Shown one piece after another: positions 27,904 through 35,340 of a stretch of DNA of 64,000 bases. This stretch comes from a virus. The position numbers and the translations under genes were made by a program. The stretch lies in the IMG/VR virus record IMGVR_UViG_3300000295_000002, positions 1 to 64,000 of that record; one strand, given 5' to 3'. Position 1 is the stretch's first letter; each line of letters begins with the position of its first letter. The notes beneath the pieces are model-generated. The model was given only the letters and a program-made list of their open reading frames with translations, made no database searches and had not been told where the DNA came from.

Positions 27904-27911
27904 CAAAAGTA
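27904..27911 (-). promoter_or_regulatory. TAnnTTTG -7-like promoter box
   Basis: Minus-strand TACTTTTGCAG; same shape as the other boxes in the window. Confidence 0.4.
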
Positions 27912-28314
27912 CGCAATTCCTTGCAAACCACCAAATTAGCTGATTTTTCATTAACTTGCTTTATTGTGGATAAATATGGATAATATATATTTAATAGGCT
28001 TTTCGGGGATTTATGACTTTAACCTTTATAAGTTTAATTAACACAAAAATGCCCCACACCACCAAAAAATGATGATGCAGGGCGATATGATAGGTATAAA
28101 AGAAATGCGAAAGTAAAGCCCCACCATTGAGCACCAACGGCAGGGCTGAGATAGACATATGAGTTCCAAAGAATAATTGCTTTGCAAAGATAAGTAAAAT
28201 ATCTGAGAACTCAAAGAGATAGTGAAAATTTCTTCTGTAAGCGGTTAAAATAGTCTATTGGTATGATTTATCGGTTCGATAGTTTAAACGTCTTGTATGC
28301 TACATAAAACAAAT

Positions 28315-28342
28315 CCTCGCCTACCACAATAGGTAAGCGAGG
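28315..28342 (-). terminator. intrinsic terminator
   Basis: CCTCGCTTACCT-ATTGT-GGTAGGCGAGG followed by ATTTGTTTTA on the minus strand, just after the stop at 28363. Confidence 0.7.
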
Positions 28343-28362
28343 AACTATATATGCACGATTAC

Positions 28363-28620
28363 TTAGTCCTTAATAGCCTCATTGACCTCGTAATCCATAA
28401 TCTTTGCCAAAGTGTTGCTGATTAACGTGCTCATTACGTTGTACTGGCTGGTAAACTTATCGTCTATTCTGTCATTCACAAGCACACCATACTCTTCCTT
28501 GGCTCTATCGACCTCGCTCATAAAGTCCACGTACACCTCACGTAACTTGATGAGGGTCTTAGCCAACTTTGGCTGCTCCACGTTCTGCAACAATGTTGCA
28601 TTGATATTCTGTCCGTTCAT
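28363..28620 (-). CDS. hypothetical protein
   Basis: ORF track. Confidence 0.55.
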   Translation of the reverse strand: MNGQNINATLLQNVEQPKLAKTLIKLREVYVDFMSEVDRAKEEYGVLVNDRIDDKFTSQYNVMSTLISNTLAKIMDYEVNEAIKD

Positions 28621-28634
28621 ATTCTAATCTCCTA

Positions 28635-29477
28635 TTAATTTAAATTGAGTGATGTCTGGCTGTTCAAGCCAACAATGGTGAGCAATTCCATAAATGTAGC
28701 ATCATACCAACGTATCTGTGTCTGCTGCTGAAATTTAGGGTCTTGCTGATTCTGTCCGTACTTATCAAAGGCTGGAGTGATAACATACCAGCTATGCACC
28801 TTTCCTCGTTTTCCTGGGCGAGTGGCGTGCTTCACTACTCCTTTGAGTTCAAGCATACGATTGAATGCTTGTGCTGAGATACCAACGTTGTGCGACTTCA
28901 ATAAATCGGTGGCAGCGTGCGTAATCGGCTTTTCCGTTCCTGCGTTTACAGACTGAGGAAGAGCATCATCCAAGCCTACCATCTTACCAATCTTCTGAGC
29001 GATGCCCAATTTGCTTGCGTCATTCAGGTTGAGGAACTTTGCGCTCCAATCGGCAAATGCTAACTTAGCTTGTATCTGTTCCTGCAAAGATGGCTGCTGC
29101 TGAACTTGAGCAACTGCGTGATGGAACACTCTACGATAAACCTCGAACACTGGGCGAACCTTGCGAGCGATAAAGTACTCTAAGCATGCGGAAGTGAGAT
29201 AGTAATCTATCTTGTTGCTGCCACCCCAATCTTGCTTGCCACTATGGGCATGCAAGTTTTCGCCATTTTTGGCAATCGGTAAAAAGTCCACATTCTCAAT
29301 GAAGTTTGCTTTCAATGCTCTCACAGCCTTACCTCTTTCTGAGTAAGCCAACTGCCAAACATCATCAAGGTTAACTGAAAACACTTTGTCTTGTTGGTCT
29401 AATGCCAACACACCGCGGAAGTAGCGTTCAATATCCGATGGAACACTATCCTTCGTTAAAATTAAATTTTCGTTCAT
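28635..29477 (-). CDS. phage antirepressor (Ant/KilAC-like)
   Basis: N-terminal Bro/ANT-like LDDVWQLAYSERGKAVRALKANF and C-terminal KilAC-like ATDLLKSHNVGISAQAFNRMLELKG. Confidence 0.6.
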   Translation of the reverse strand: MNENLILTKDSVPSDIERYFRGVLALDQQDKVFSVNLDDVWQLAYSERGKAVRALKANFIENVDFLPIAKNGENLHAHSGKQDWGGSNKIDYYLTSACLEYFIARKVRPVFEVYRRVFHHAVAQVQQQPSLQEQIQAKLAFADWSAKFLNLNDASKLGIAQKIGKMVGLDDALPQSVNAGTEKPITHAATDLLKSHNVGISAQAFNRMLELKGVVKHATRPGKRGKVHSWYVITPAFDKYGQNQQDPKFQQQTQIRWYDATFMELLTIVGLNSQTSLNLN

Positions 29478-29720
29478 TTCGATATATTTTTGAACGTTAA
29501 ACAAATGTTGGGTTGATACACAAAAAGGGTGTACCGCTACCCTTTGTTCAATGCCTATATCGGAAAGCACGCACACACCATTACGATATGTGCAAGGGGC
29601 GATACACCTATATCTTTGATATGGATATATCAGTCTCGTAAGATTAAGAGCATAAAAAATGCTCCACCGAATTGACGGAAGAGCTTCCTATTTCTCTCCC
29701 GATATATTTATTGAACGCTG

Positions 29721-29728
29721 CAAAGATA
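29721..29728 (-). promoter_or_regulatory. TAnnTTTG -7-like promoter box
   Basis: Minus-strand CGTATCTTTGCAGCG upstream of the Ant gene. Confidence 0.4.
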
Positions 29729-29963
29729 CGAAAAATATTCCTATCTGCGTGTCTTAGAAGCAACCTTTAACCAAACTTTAACATTTGGCAGTTATTAATT
29801 TATTCGATTAATTTGTTTTTCACACCATATTCCACAAAATAGGCTGACCCAAATAAATGAGCCAGCCAACTTTTTACTTGCCCTTGAAGAGGCAATAAGC
29901 CCCATAAAACATGAGCAAAATCATAAGTTTTAAAAACATGATGTTATATATGTTGGTGAATAA

Positions 29964-30542
29964 TTACCAATCATTATTTGTGTCTTTGGTATTACCTAAT
30001 CCTAATAATGTTTTGTATATACTATTTATCCTCTGTTCTGCATAATGCTTCCAGATAACACGATTTCCTTTTAATCTACCTTTCTTATCAAAGAAATCAG
30101 ATAATATATTCTCTGCGGTTTTTGTACGATTGATTGTTTCCGATTGCCCTGTTTGCATTCCGAATGAAGGCGCATTTATTTTAACTCGTCCGTCTTTTAT
30201 TTCAATTAAAAGGTTATATGTTCCTTCATAAAAGAACTTAATACCAAGGTATGACTTTTGGTAAAGAATATCGTCTGCAAAAGCATGAATGGCTACCGAT
30301 GAGTTATCCACGGTACTCATTATACTTTGTGGCGAGTTATATACCTTTGATACATTAGAGCAAATCAAAGTATATATATCCTTTGCGGATTTTCCATCGA
30401 ACTGATAAATAATATAGTCTTTGCCATCAGCAGCACGATAGTGACCATCGGCAGATATTGTAAAACCATTAAATTCTGCTTGTGCATTTGCTTGCACGAC
30501 AACGGCAATCATAATTGCCATAAGCATTAAAATCTTTTTCAT
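29964..30542 (-). CDS. secreted protein (signal peptide)
   Basis: MKKILMLMAIMIAVVVQANAQ. Confidence 0.6.
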   Translation of the reverse strand: MKKILMLMAIMIAVVVQANAQAEFNGFTISADGHYRAADGKDYIIYQFDGKSAKDIYTLICSNVSKVYNSPQSIMSTVDNSSVAIHAFADDILYQKSYLGIKFFYEGTYNLLIEIKDGRVKINAPSFGMQTGQSETINRTKTAENILSDFFDKKGRLKGNRVIWKHYAEQRINSIYKTLLGLGNTKDTNNDW

Positions 30543-30589
30543 TTATAGTGACTTAACCGTGATGTCGAGGGCTGAAGGGTTGTTTTACA

Positions 30590-30898
30590 TCAGATTTCCG
30601 TTGCTTTTATCGTGTAGACGAATTTTAAAAGACCATGAGGGTTGTATTGGATAAGTCTTACCGACACTGCGGTCTCATCAGCGAGGAAGGCAATAGCTTC
30701 TCCTGCAACGGTCTTCTGTATCTCAAGACTACCATCGGGGTTCAATATTTCTTTTGCCTTTTTCATGTCACTTGCAACAATCAGACCTGTTTCGCTAAGG
30801 ATGCCTCTCTCAATAGCGTTCTTCAGTTCTTCGATACTGTTGTTATTGAAATTTTCCTTTGCAACAACCCGGTTGAATTTAATATTAGTTGTTATCAT
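30590..30898 (-). CDS. hypothetical protein
   Basis: ORF track. Confidence 0.55.
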   Translation of the reverse strand: MITTNIKFNRVVAKENFNNNSIEELKNAIERGILSETGLIVASDMKKAKEILNPDGSLEIQKTVAGEAIAFLADETAVSVRLIQYNPHGLLKFVYTIKATEI

Positions 30899-30934
30899 AA
30901 GATTGCTTTGACCGTGATAGCGAGGGCTGAATAA

Positions 30935-31246
30935 TTAATCTGTTACTGCAATAAACTCAAATTCATCTTCAATCACATCATTCTTCCAATAAATAGCCTT
31001 AACTTCATTTAAGGTCTTATTCCAATCATCAACAGAGAAAATAAACTCTATGATTTCGTTATTTTTCTCCATTTCATCATTGATGTATGAGATAGACCAT
31101 TCATTGCTATCTACTTCATTGATGCAAAACGCTTTCTCGCTTGCCTTGCTCAACTGTTCAAGGTCACTTGAAATAGTGAATGTCAAACTTTTCTTTTTTC
31201 CGATTATCGGAGAATTATCTTTGCGTTTAATTTTGATTTTCTTCAT
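30935..31246 (-). CDS. hypothetical protein
   Basis: ATG at 31246 (MKKIKIK...) directly after a repeat copy. Confidence 0.5.
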   Translation of the reverse strand: MKKIKIKRKDNSPIIGKKKSLTFTISSDLEQLSKASEKAFCINEVDSNEWSISYINDEMEKNNEIIEFIFSVDDWNKTLNEVKAIYWKNDVIEDEFEFIAVTD

Positions 31247-31290
31247 AATTGATGGCTTAACCGTGATGGCGAGGGCTAAATGATTTTTTA

Positions 31291-31527
31291 TTAAGAGATT
31301 GTGCCATCGTGAGCAACAACAATATTTCTGCTTTTGATAATATCGTCTGTTAGTTGACAACCATCATAGAATCCGTTACCAACTCTTACTCTTTCGTCTC
31401 TTTCAATGAAGAAACGTTTATTTAGCTTTCCGTATTGCTTCTCTAACTTCTCGATAGATTTTTTCATTTTGCTTGAAATCTTCAAGCCATCTACCTCGAA
31501 AATTACTTCACTATTAAACTCTTTCAT
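31291..31527 (-). CDS. hypothetical protein
   Basis: ORF track. Confidence 0.5.
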   Translation of the reverse strand: MKEFNSEVIFEVDGLKISSKMKKSIEKLEKQYGKLNKRFFIERDERVRVGNGFYDGCQLTDDIIKSRNIVVAHDGTIS

Positions 31528-31714
31528 AACTTATTCGCTTATCCGTGCTGCGTAGGGCTGTTTGATATTTATATTATTTTCAAAAGATAACGCTATATTC
31601 GTCATTATATTGTGTGTAGGGCAGAAAAATTAATCTTTATTTCTGCCCATGGCGCAATCGAACAATGTGCCGATTAGCCAAATTGCTATTAAGAATGCCA
31701 TAACTTTTTCCGTT

Positions 31715-32086
31715 TTATGAGTAAATACCAATCTTATGAAACTCCAACGTTGTGTGGTTATAAGGGTAACTACAATCCTCGAACATAACCCAATAACCCT
31801 GCTTGTCTAAAAATATCTGACCAATCGAGCTTATAAAGTCTTTTTGCTCGCCTGCCAATCTATTGTATATTACCTTAGTCAAGTTTTTATAAGGTTGATG
31901 TTGTTCGTCTATGATACGGAAAGAATATATATTCTTATCTCTTCCAGTAATCGTCAGTGTGGTTATTAAACCTTCAATCGTTCCGACTCTCTTGTACGTA
32001 TCACCCTTGCACACCAAAGACTCGCCATTATCAAACAATCGTCTTGCAAGAAATGTTGTTGTATTGTTACAAATAATCTCCGACAT
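31715..32086 (-). CDS. hypothetical protein
   Basis: ORF track. Confidence 0.55.
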   Translation of the reverse strand: MSEIICNNTTTFLARRLFDNGESLVCKGDTYKRVGTIEGLITTLTITGRDKNIYSFRIIDEQHQPYKNLTKVIYNRLAGEQKDFISSIGQIFLDKQGYWVMFEDCSYPYNHTTLEFHKIGIYS

Positions 32087-32088
32087 AA

Positions 32089-33150
32089 TTATTCCTCCTC
32101 TGTATTATTGTTGTTGTTATTCAGTTCCTTGTAATACTGCTGAATCTCCTCATCAGTCATACCCTTTTCTCGCATTACACGATAGTTTGCAGAACCACGT
32201 CTGAAATAAACCTGACTGCCATAGACTGAGCGTAGATTGTAATACGCACTTCTTACTAGTTCTTTGGTTAATACCTTGCCAGTGGACGAATAAACACCCA
32301 TCTGCTGCAACATCATAGCTGCATCGGCAAAGTTAGGTGTAGTCAATTCAGTGAAGTCATTGGTACACTTCTTAACCACATTCCATATAGCTTTGTTGCA
32401 AGGTTTCTCAGCAGCCTCTTTCTTGCGCTTTTCCGATGCCGCCTTCTGTGCGTTTGATAAATCGCATTTTCTAGGTCTGCCCAACTTCTTTACGACCTTA
32501 CCTGACTTTGAGATAAATTCTCCGTCTTTTGCCAACTTCTGTTTGCGTACTTCCAATGCGCTCTGTGTTCGTTCCTGTATGAGTTCACGCTCCATCTGTG
32601 CCGAAAATGAGAATGCGAATAGTAGCATTTCGTCAATCGCTTTCAGATGGCTACAATCAAGGTCAATGCCCATCTGAACGATAACCAAGCGCACGCCACG
32701 TGGTTTCAGTTCGTCATTTACAAACTTGTTGATGTCGCTCATAGAACGACCGATACGGCTGACCTCTGACACGATAAGTATATCACCTTTATCAAGCATC
32801 GGTAGCACTACCTTACCAAGGTTTCTATCCTTATAAGATACCTTACCCGATACTCCTTCCTCCTTCACTTCGTGAGTAGCTTTGAGATTGTGACAATTCA
32901 ACCATTCGTTGATTGTTCTTTCTTGCTGCTCCAATGTCTGCTTTTCAGTAGAGACACGACTGTATATTATTACTTTCTGCTTTGGCTCATCATCATCGGT
33001 CATGTTTGCCTTTGCGTTGCAGCTTTTGTCAGAACGGCAAAGGTAGTGACCTTCTGTCATCATGCAATAAGGGCAATCCTTACAGCCGATGTTCACGATG
33101 TCGTATTTTACAGATGCGCCACCTTCATTCTTGATTTCTATTGTCTTCAT
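32089..33150 (-). CDS. serine recombinase (resolvase/invertase family) with N-terminal Cys-rich extension
   Basis: VIIYSRVSTEKQTLEQQ and VSEVSRIGRS resolvase motifs, preceded by CKDCPYC...C..DKSC. Confidence 0.8.
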   Translation of the reverse strand: MKTIEIKNEGGASVKYDIVNIGCKDCPYCMMTEGHYLCRSDKSCNAKANMTDDDEPKQKVIIYSRVSTEKQTLEQQERTINEWLNCHNLKATHEVKEEGVSGKVSYKDRNLGKVVLPMLDKGDILIVSEVSRIGRSMSDINKFVNDELKPRGVRLVIVQMGIDLDCSHLKAIDEMLLFAFSFSAQMERELIQERTQSALEVRKQKLAKDGEFISKSGKVVKKLGRPRKCDLSNAQKAASEKRKKEAAEKPCNKAIWNVVKKCTNDFTELTTPNFADAAMMLQQMGVYSSTGKVLTKELVRSAYYNLRSVYGSQVYFRRGSANYRVMREKGMTDEEIQQYYKELNNNNNNTEEE

Positions 33151-33413
33151 TTCTCCTATCTCCTATCCTATCTTTGTTAGCAAATCATACTCTTTTTGGT
33201 TATAGCAAGATGCAAGATAATCGTGATTGGTTATTAAATCATACGCAAATTCTATCTGTATATCGGTTAATGTTGCAGATACAACATAATCGTCAAACCA
33301 AATATTACTCTGAATTACGTCATAGACAACTCCAATACACTCCAAATATTTAATGAGTATATTTCTTGCAGTTGTAACAAAATACACTTTCTTCATTTCT
33401 CCTATCTCCTATC
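33145..33413 (-). repeat. 23-nt perfect direct repeat covering two translation starts
   Basis: CTTCATTTCTCCTATCTCCTATC at 33145-33167 and 33391-33413. On the minus strand this reads GATAGGAGATAGGAGAAATGAAG. Confidence 0.85.
33163..33396 (-). CDS. hypothetical protein
   Basis: ORF track; strong SD. Confidence 0.55.
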   Translation of the reverse strand: MKKVYFVTTARNILIKYLECIGVVYDVIQSNIWFDDYVVSATLTDIQIEFAYDLITNHDYLASCYNQKEYDLLTKIG

Positions 33414-33447
33414 TCTTATTACTTAAAACGTTACTTTCTGTTATTTA

Positions 33448-33807
33448 TTATCCACGATAATAGAATGATACATGAAAATCTCTACTTTTACGCTCTCGGT
33501 CATTCTCAATAACTCCAAACATATAAGTATCAATTACGTAATCTACATCATTGTCCTTATCGTGTTCAATTCTCTTTACCCATTCCTCAACAACATCAGG
33601 ACACCAAGCATCGCGAAGGAATCTAACTAGCAATTTATTATCGGTTTCCTGTCGTACCAATATTGGCTCGTTGCCGACAAATCCAATCATTTCTGTATTG
33701 TCTTTGTTCCAAGTGTATTGTTCGTCATTGAACAAATCTCTTACCAACTCATCAAGACAAAGGTCTTTGTCATTGATAGGGCAATGAGCAGCATTCTTAA
33801 TCTCCAT
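33448..33807 (-). CDS. hypothetical protein
   Basis: Internal ATG (MEIKNAAH...). Confidence 0.5.
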   Translation of the reverse strand: MEIKNAAHCPINDKDLCLDELVRDLFNDEQYTWNKDNTEMIGFVGNEPILVRQETDNKLLVRFLRDAWCPDVVEEWVKRIEHDKDNDVDYVIDTYMFGVIENDRERKSRDFHVSFYYRG

Positions 33808-33820
33808 AGTCTTTAATATA

Positions 33821-34045
33821 TTAATAAACATTACAATAAGCGTCATATATTGGCAATGATGTGAACTTGCGTAAATAAGATGCAATCTGTTTCACTCTCA
33901 GCATATTTACAAAGCTGCTCATAAATGAGTTCCAATTGATACAGATGTATTTATCTGTAATCTCTACCCATACATCTTCGTTGTCAATACACTTATATTT
34001 GAGATATAATGTATCAATCACTTCTTTGATAGTCTTTTTCTTCAT
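33821..34045 (-). CDS. hypothetical protein
   Basis: ORF track. Confidence 0.5.
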   Translation of the reverse strand: MKKKTIKEVIDTLYLKYKCIDNEDVWVEITDKYICINWNSFMSSFVNMLRVKQIASYLRKFTSLPIYDAYCNVY

Positions 34046-34101
34046 AGTCGTATTACTTTTAATTGTTATATTTGTGAGTTTTATTTTCTGACCGATACAT
34101 A

Positions 34102-34347
34102 TTACTTCTTACCGAAGTTGAAGATTTTAACGAACTGATAGAATTGTTTCTTGTCGCAAAGATGGAAGAGGTCTTCCATAATGTATTCCTTACATTCCTT
34201 CGTGCATTCTCTATATGCATTCTGTATTGTGGTGGCTGGTAAGTTTCCGCAATCAAACCAGTAAATAAACATTTCTCCTAGGCTCTCGTAAGCATTTGTA
34301 CCATCATAGAACTTCTTCTGCTGCTCGTAAGTCTTATTCTTTCTCAT
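34102..34347 (-). CDS. hypothetical protein
   Basis: ORF track; preferred over the overlapping 34059-34256. Confidence 0.5.
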   Translation of the reverse strand: MRKNKTYEQQKKFYDGTNAYESLGEMFIYWFDCGNLPATTIQNAYRECTKECKEYIMEDLFHLCDKKQFYQFVKIFNFGKK

Positions 34348-34358
34348 GATAGCTTTTC

Positions 34359-34766
34359 TTAACCCTCTACTTTGATAATTCCACGTCTTACCAATTCCTT
34401 CACGAAGTCTTCTAGACTTAACTCAGACTTATCACCACCACACATAGAATAGTTCCAATTGATTTTGAGCGGCATATCTATATGGTATCTAGTGATGCTT
34501 TTGCGCTTATTGATACTTCTATCATACTCAAAAGCCAATGCAACCTCAATTGTTCCGTGACCATTTGTATAGATGAGGAATGCGCCATATGAGCGACTTC
34601 CTTCAAGACGGCATTTATAGTTTTCCAAAAAACTTAATTTGTCCATCGTTTCTGTTGCCCAATTGCAGGCTCTGTCGTATTCACATTGCTGCTCATCTTT
34701 AATCAACTCATCATCAATAGCATTCTTCTTTGATTCTGCTATCATTAACTTTTCCAATTCGTTCAT
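34359..34766 (-). CDS. hypothetical protein
   Basis: ORF track. Confidence 0.55.
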   Translation of the reverse strand: MNELEKLMIAESKKNAIDDELIKDEQQCEYDRACNWATETMDKLSFLENYKCRLEGSRSYGAFLIYTNGHGTIEVALAFEYDRSINKRKSITRYHIDMPLKINWNYSMCGGDKSELSLEDFVKELVRRGIIKVEG

Positions 34767-34904
34767 AACTTTACCCTTTCTGTTATTAAATTACACCGAT
34801 AATATTAATCGGCTCTTCAATACTCGCTACCAATGCAGCATTATTATTCTCTGTAGTAAGGTTATCAACATCTAAGTAAATAACCTCTGGTAATGAAGTC
34901 TGTT

Positions 34905-35144
34905 TCATATTGTCTTATAACATTTAGTCAATTTATCAAACTCTTCTTGTTCTTTCTTATTATGGCACATAGACGCAAAACTAGTATTGCCTGTATGCGT
35001 TCTAAAGTCCATAAGATAATCACTCCAACTATCCAATCGGCAAACTTTAGAAGGAAACACACCATGCCAATCAGGTATCAAGATAAAATGTTCGCTGTGC
35101 TGATATTTATCTTTCAGTTTATGTAAGAATAATGATGTCTCCAT
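34905..35144 (-). CDS. hypothetical protein
   Basis: Internal ATG (METSLFLHK...) abuts the upstream stop. Confidence 0.45.
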   Translation of the reverse strand: METSLFLHKLKDKYQHSEHFILIPDWHGVFPSKVCRLDSWSDYLMDFRTHTGNTSFASMCHNKKEQEEFDKLTKCYKTI

Positions 35145-35145
35145 A

Positions 35146-35340
35146 TTATGAATTATAAAAATTAATAGGCTTATAATCTCTATCTCTGCAATCGTTTCCT
35201 TCCTCATGATAAGGGCATTTATTATCTTTCTTATAGTAACTGCCAAGGCGGTCATTCATGCCCATACTAGATACTACAAGTCGATTGCATTTGCCATTTC
35301 TGAATGCAAATCTGCAAGATAAACAAATATTCTTTTCCAT
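35146..35340 (-). CDS. small Cys-rich protein
   Basis: CLSCRF...KC...KCPYH...C; overlaps the upstream gene end by 67 nt, so the start is uncertain. Confidence 0.4.
   Translation of the reverse strand: MEKNICLSCRFAFRNGKCNRLVVSSMGMNDRLGSYYKKDNKCPYHEEGNDCRDRDYKPINFYNS

Larger units (their letters stand above)
30551..31560 (-). repeat. four copies of a conserved intergenic element of about 26 nt
   Basis: Copies at 30551-30576, 30905-30931, 31254-31280 and 31535-31560. Plus-strand consensus is CTTAACCGTGATGnCGAGGGCTGAA. Each ends 6-8 nt upstream of a minus-strand ATG. Confidence 0.85.

Noticed and set aside
27583-27983. ORFs 27583-27855 (-) and 27717-27983 (+) inside the GC-rich block
   Set aside because: Their translations are Arg/Gly-rich or low-complexity, and there is no SD or coupling to neighbours. 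The region is better explained by RNA structure.
30551-31560. The four-copy element as integron attC sites
   Set aside because: Two copies contain GTTAAGY, which resembles the GTTRRRY core. However, the element is only about 26 nt, has no inverse core or imperfect palindrome, and there is no IntI-type integrase adjacent.
31619-31648. Hairpin GGGCAGAAA/TTTCTGCCC as an intrinsic terminator
   Set aside because: There is no U-tract on either strand. It is mentioned only as a boundary of the cassette-like array.
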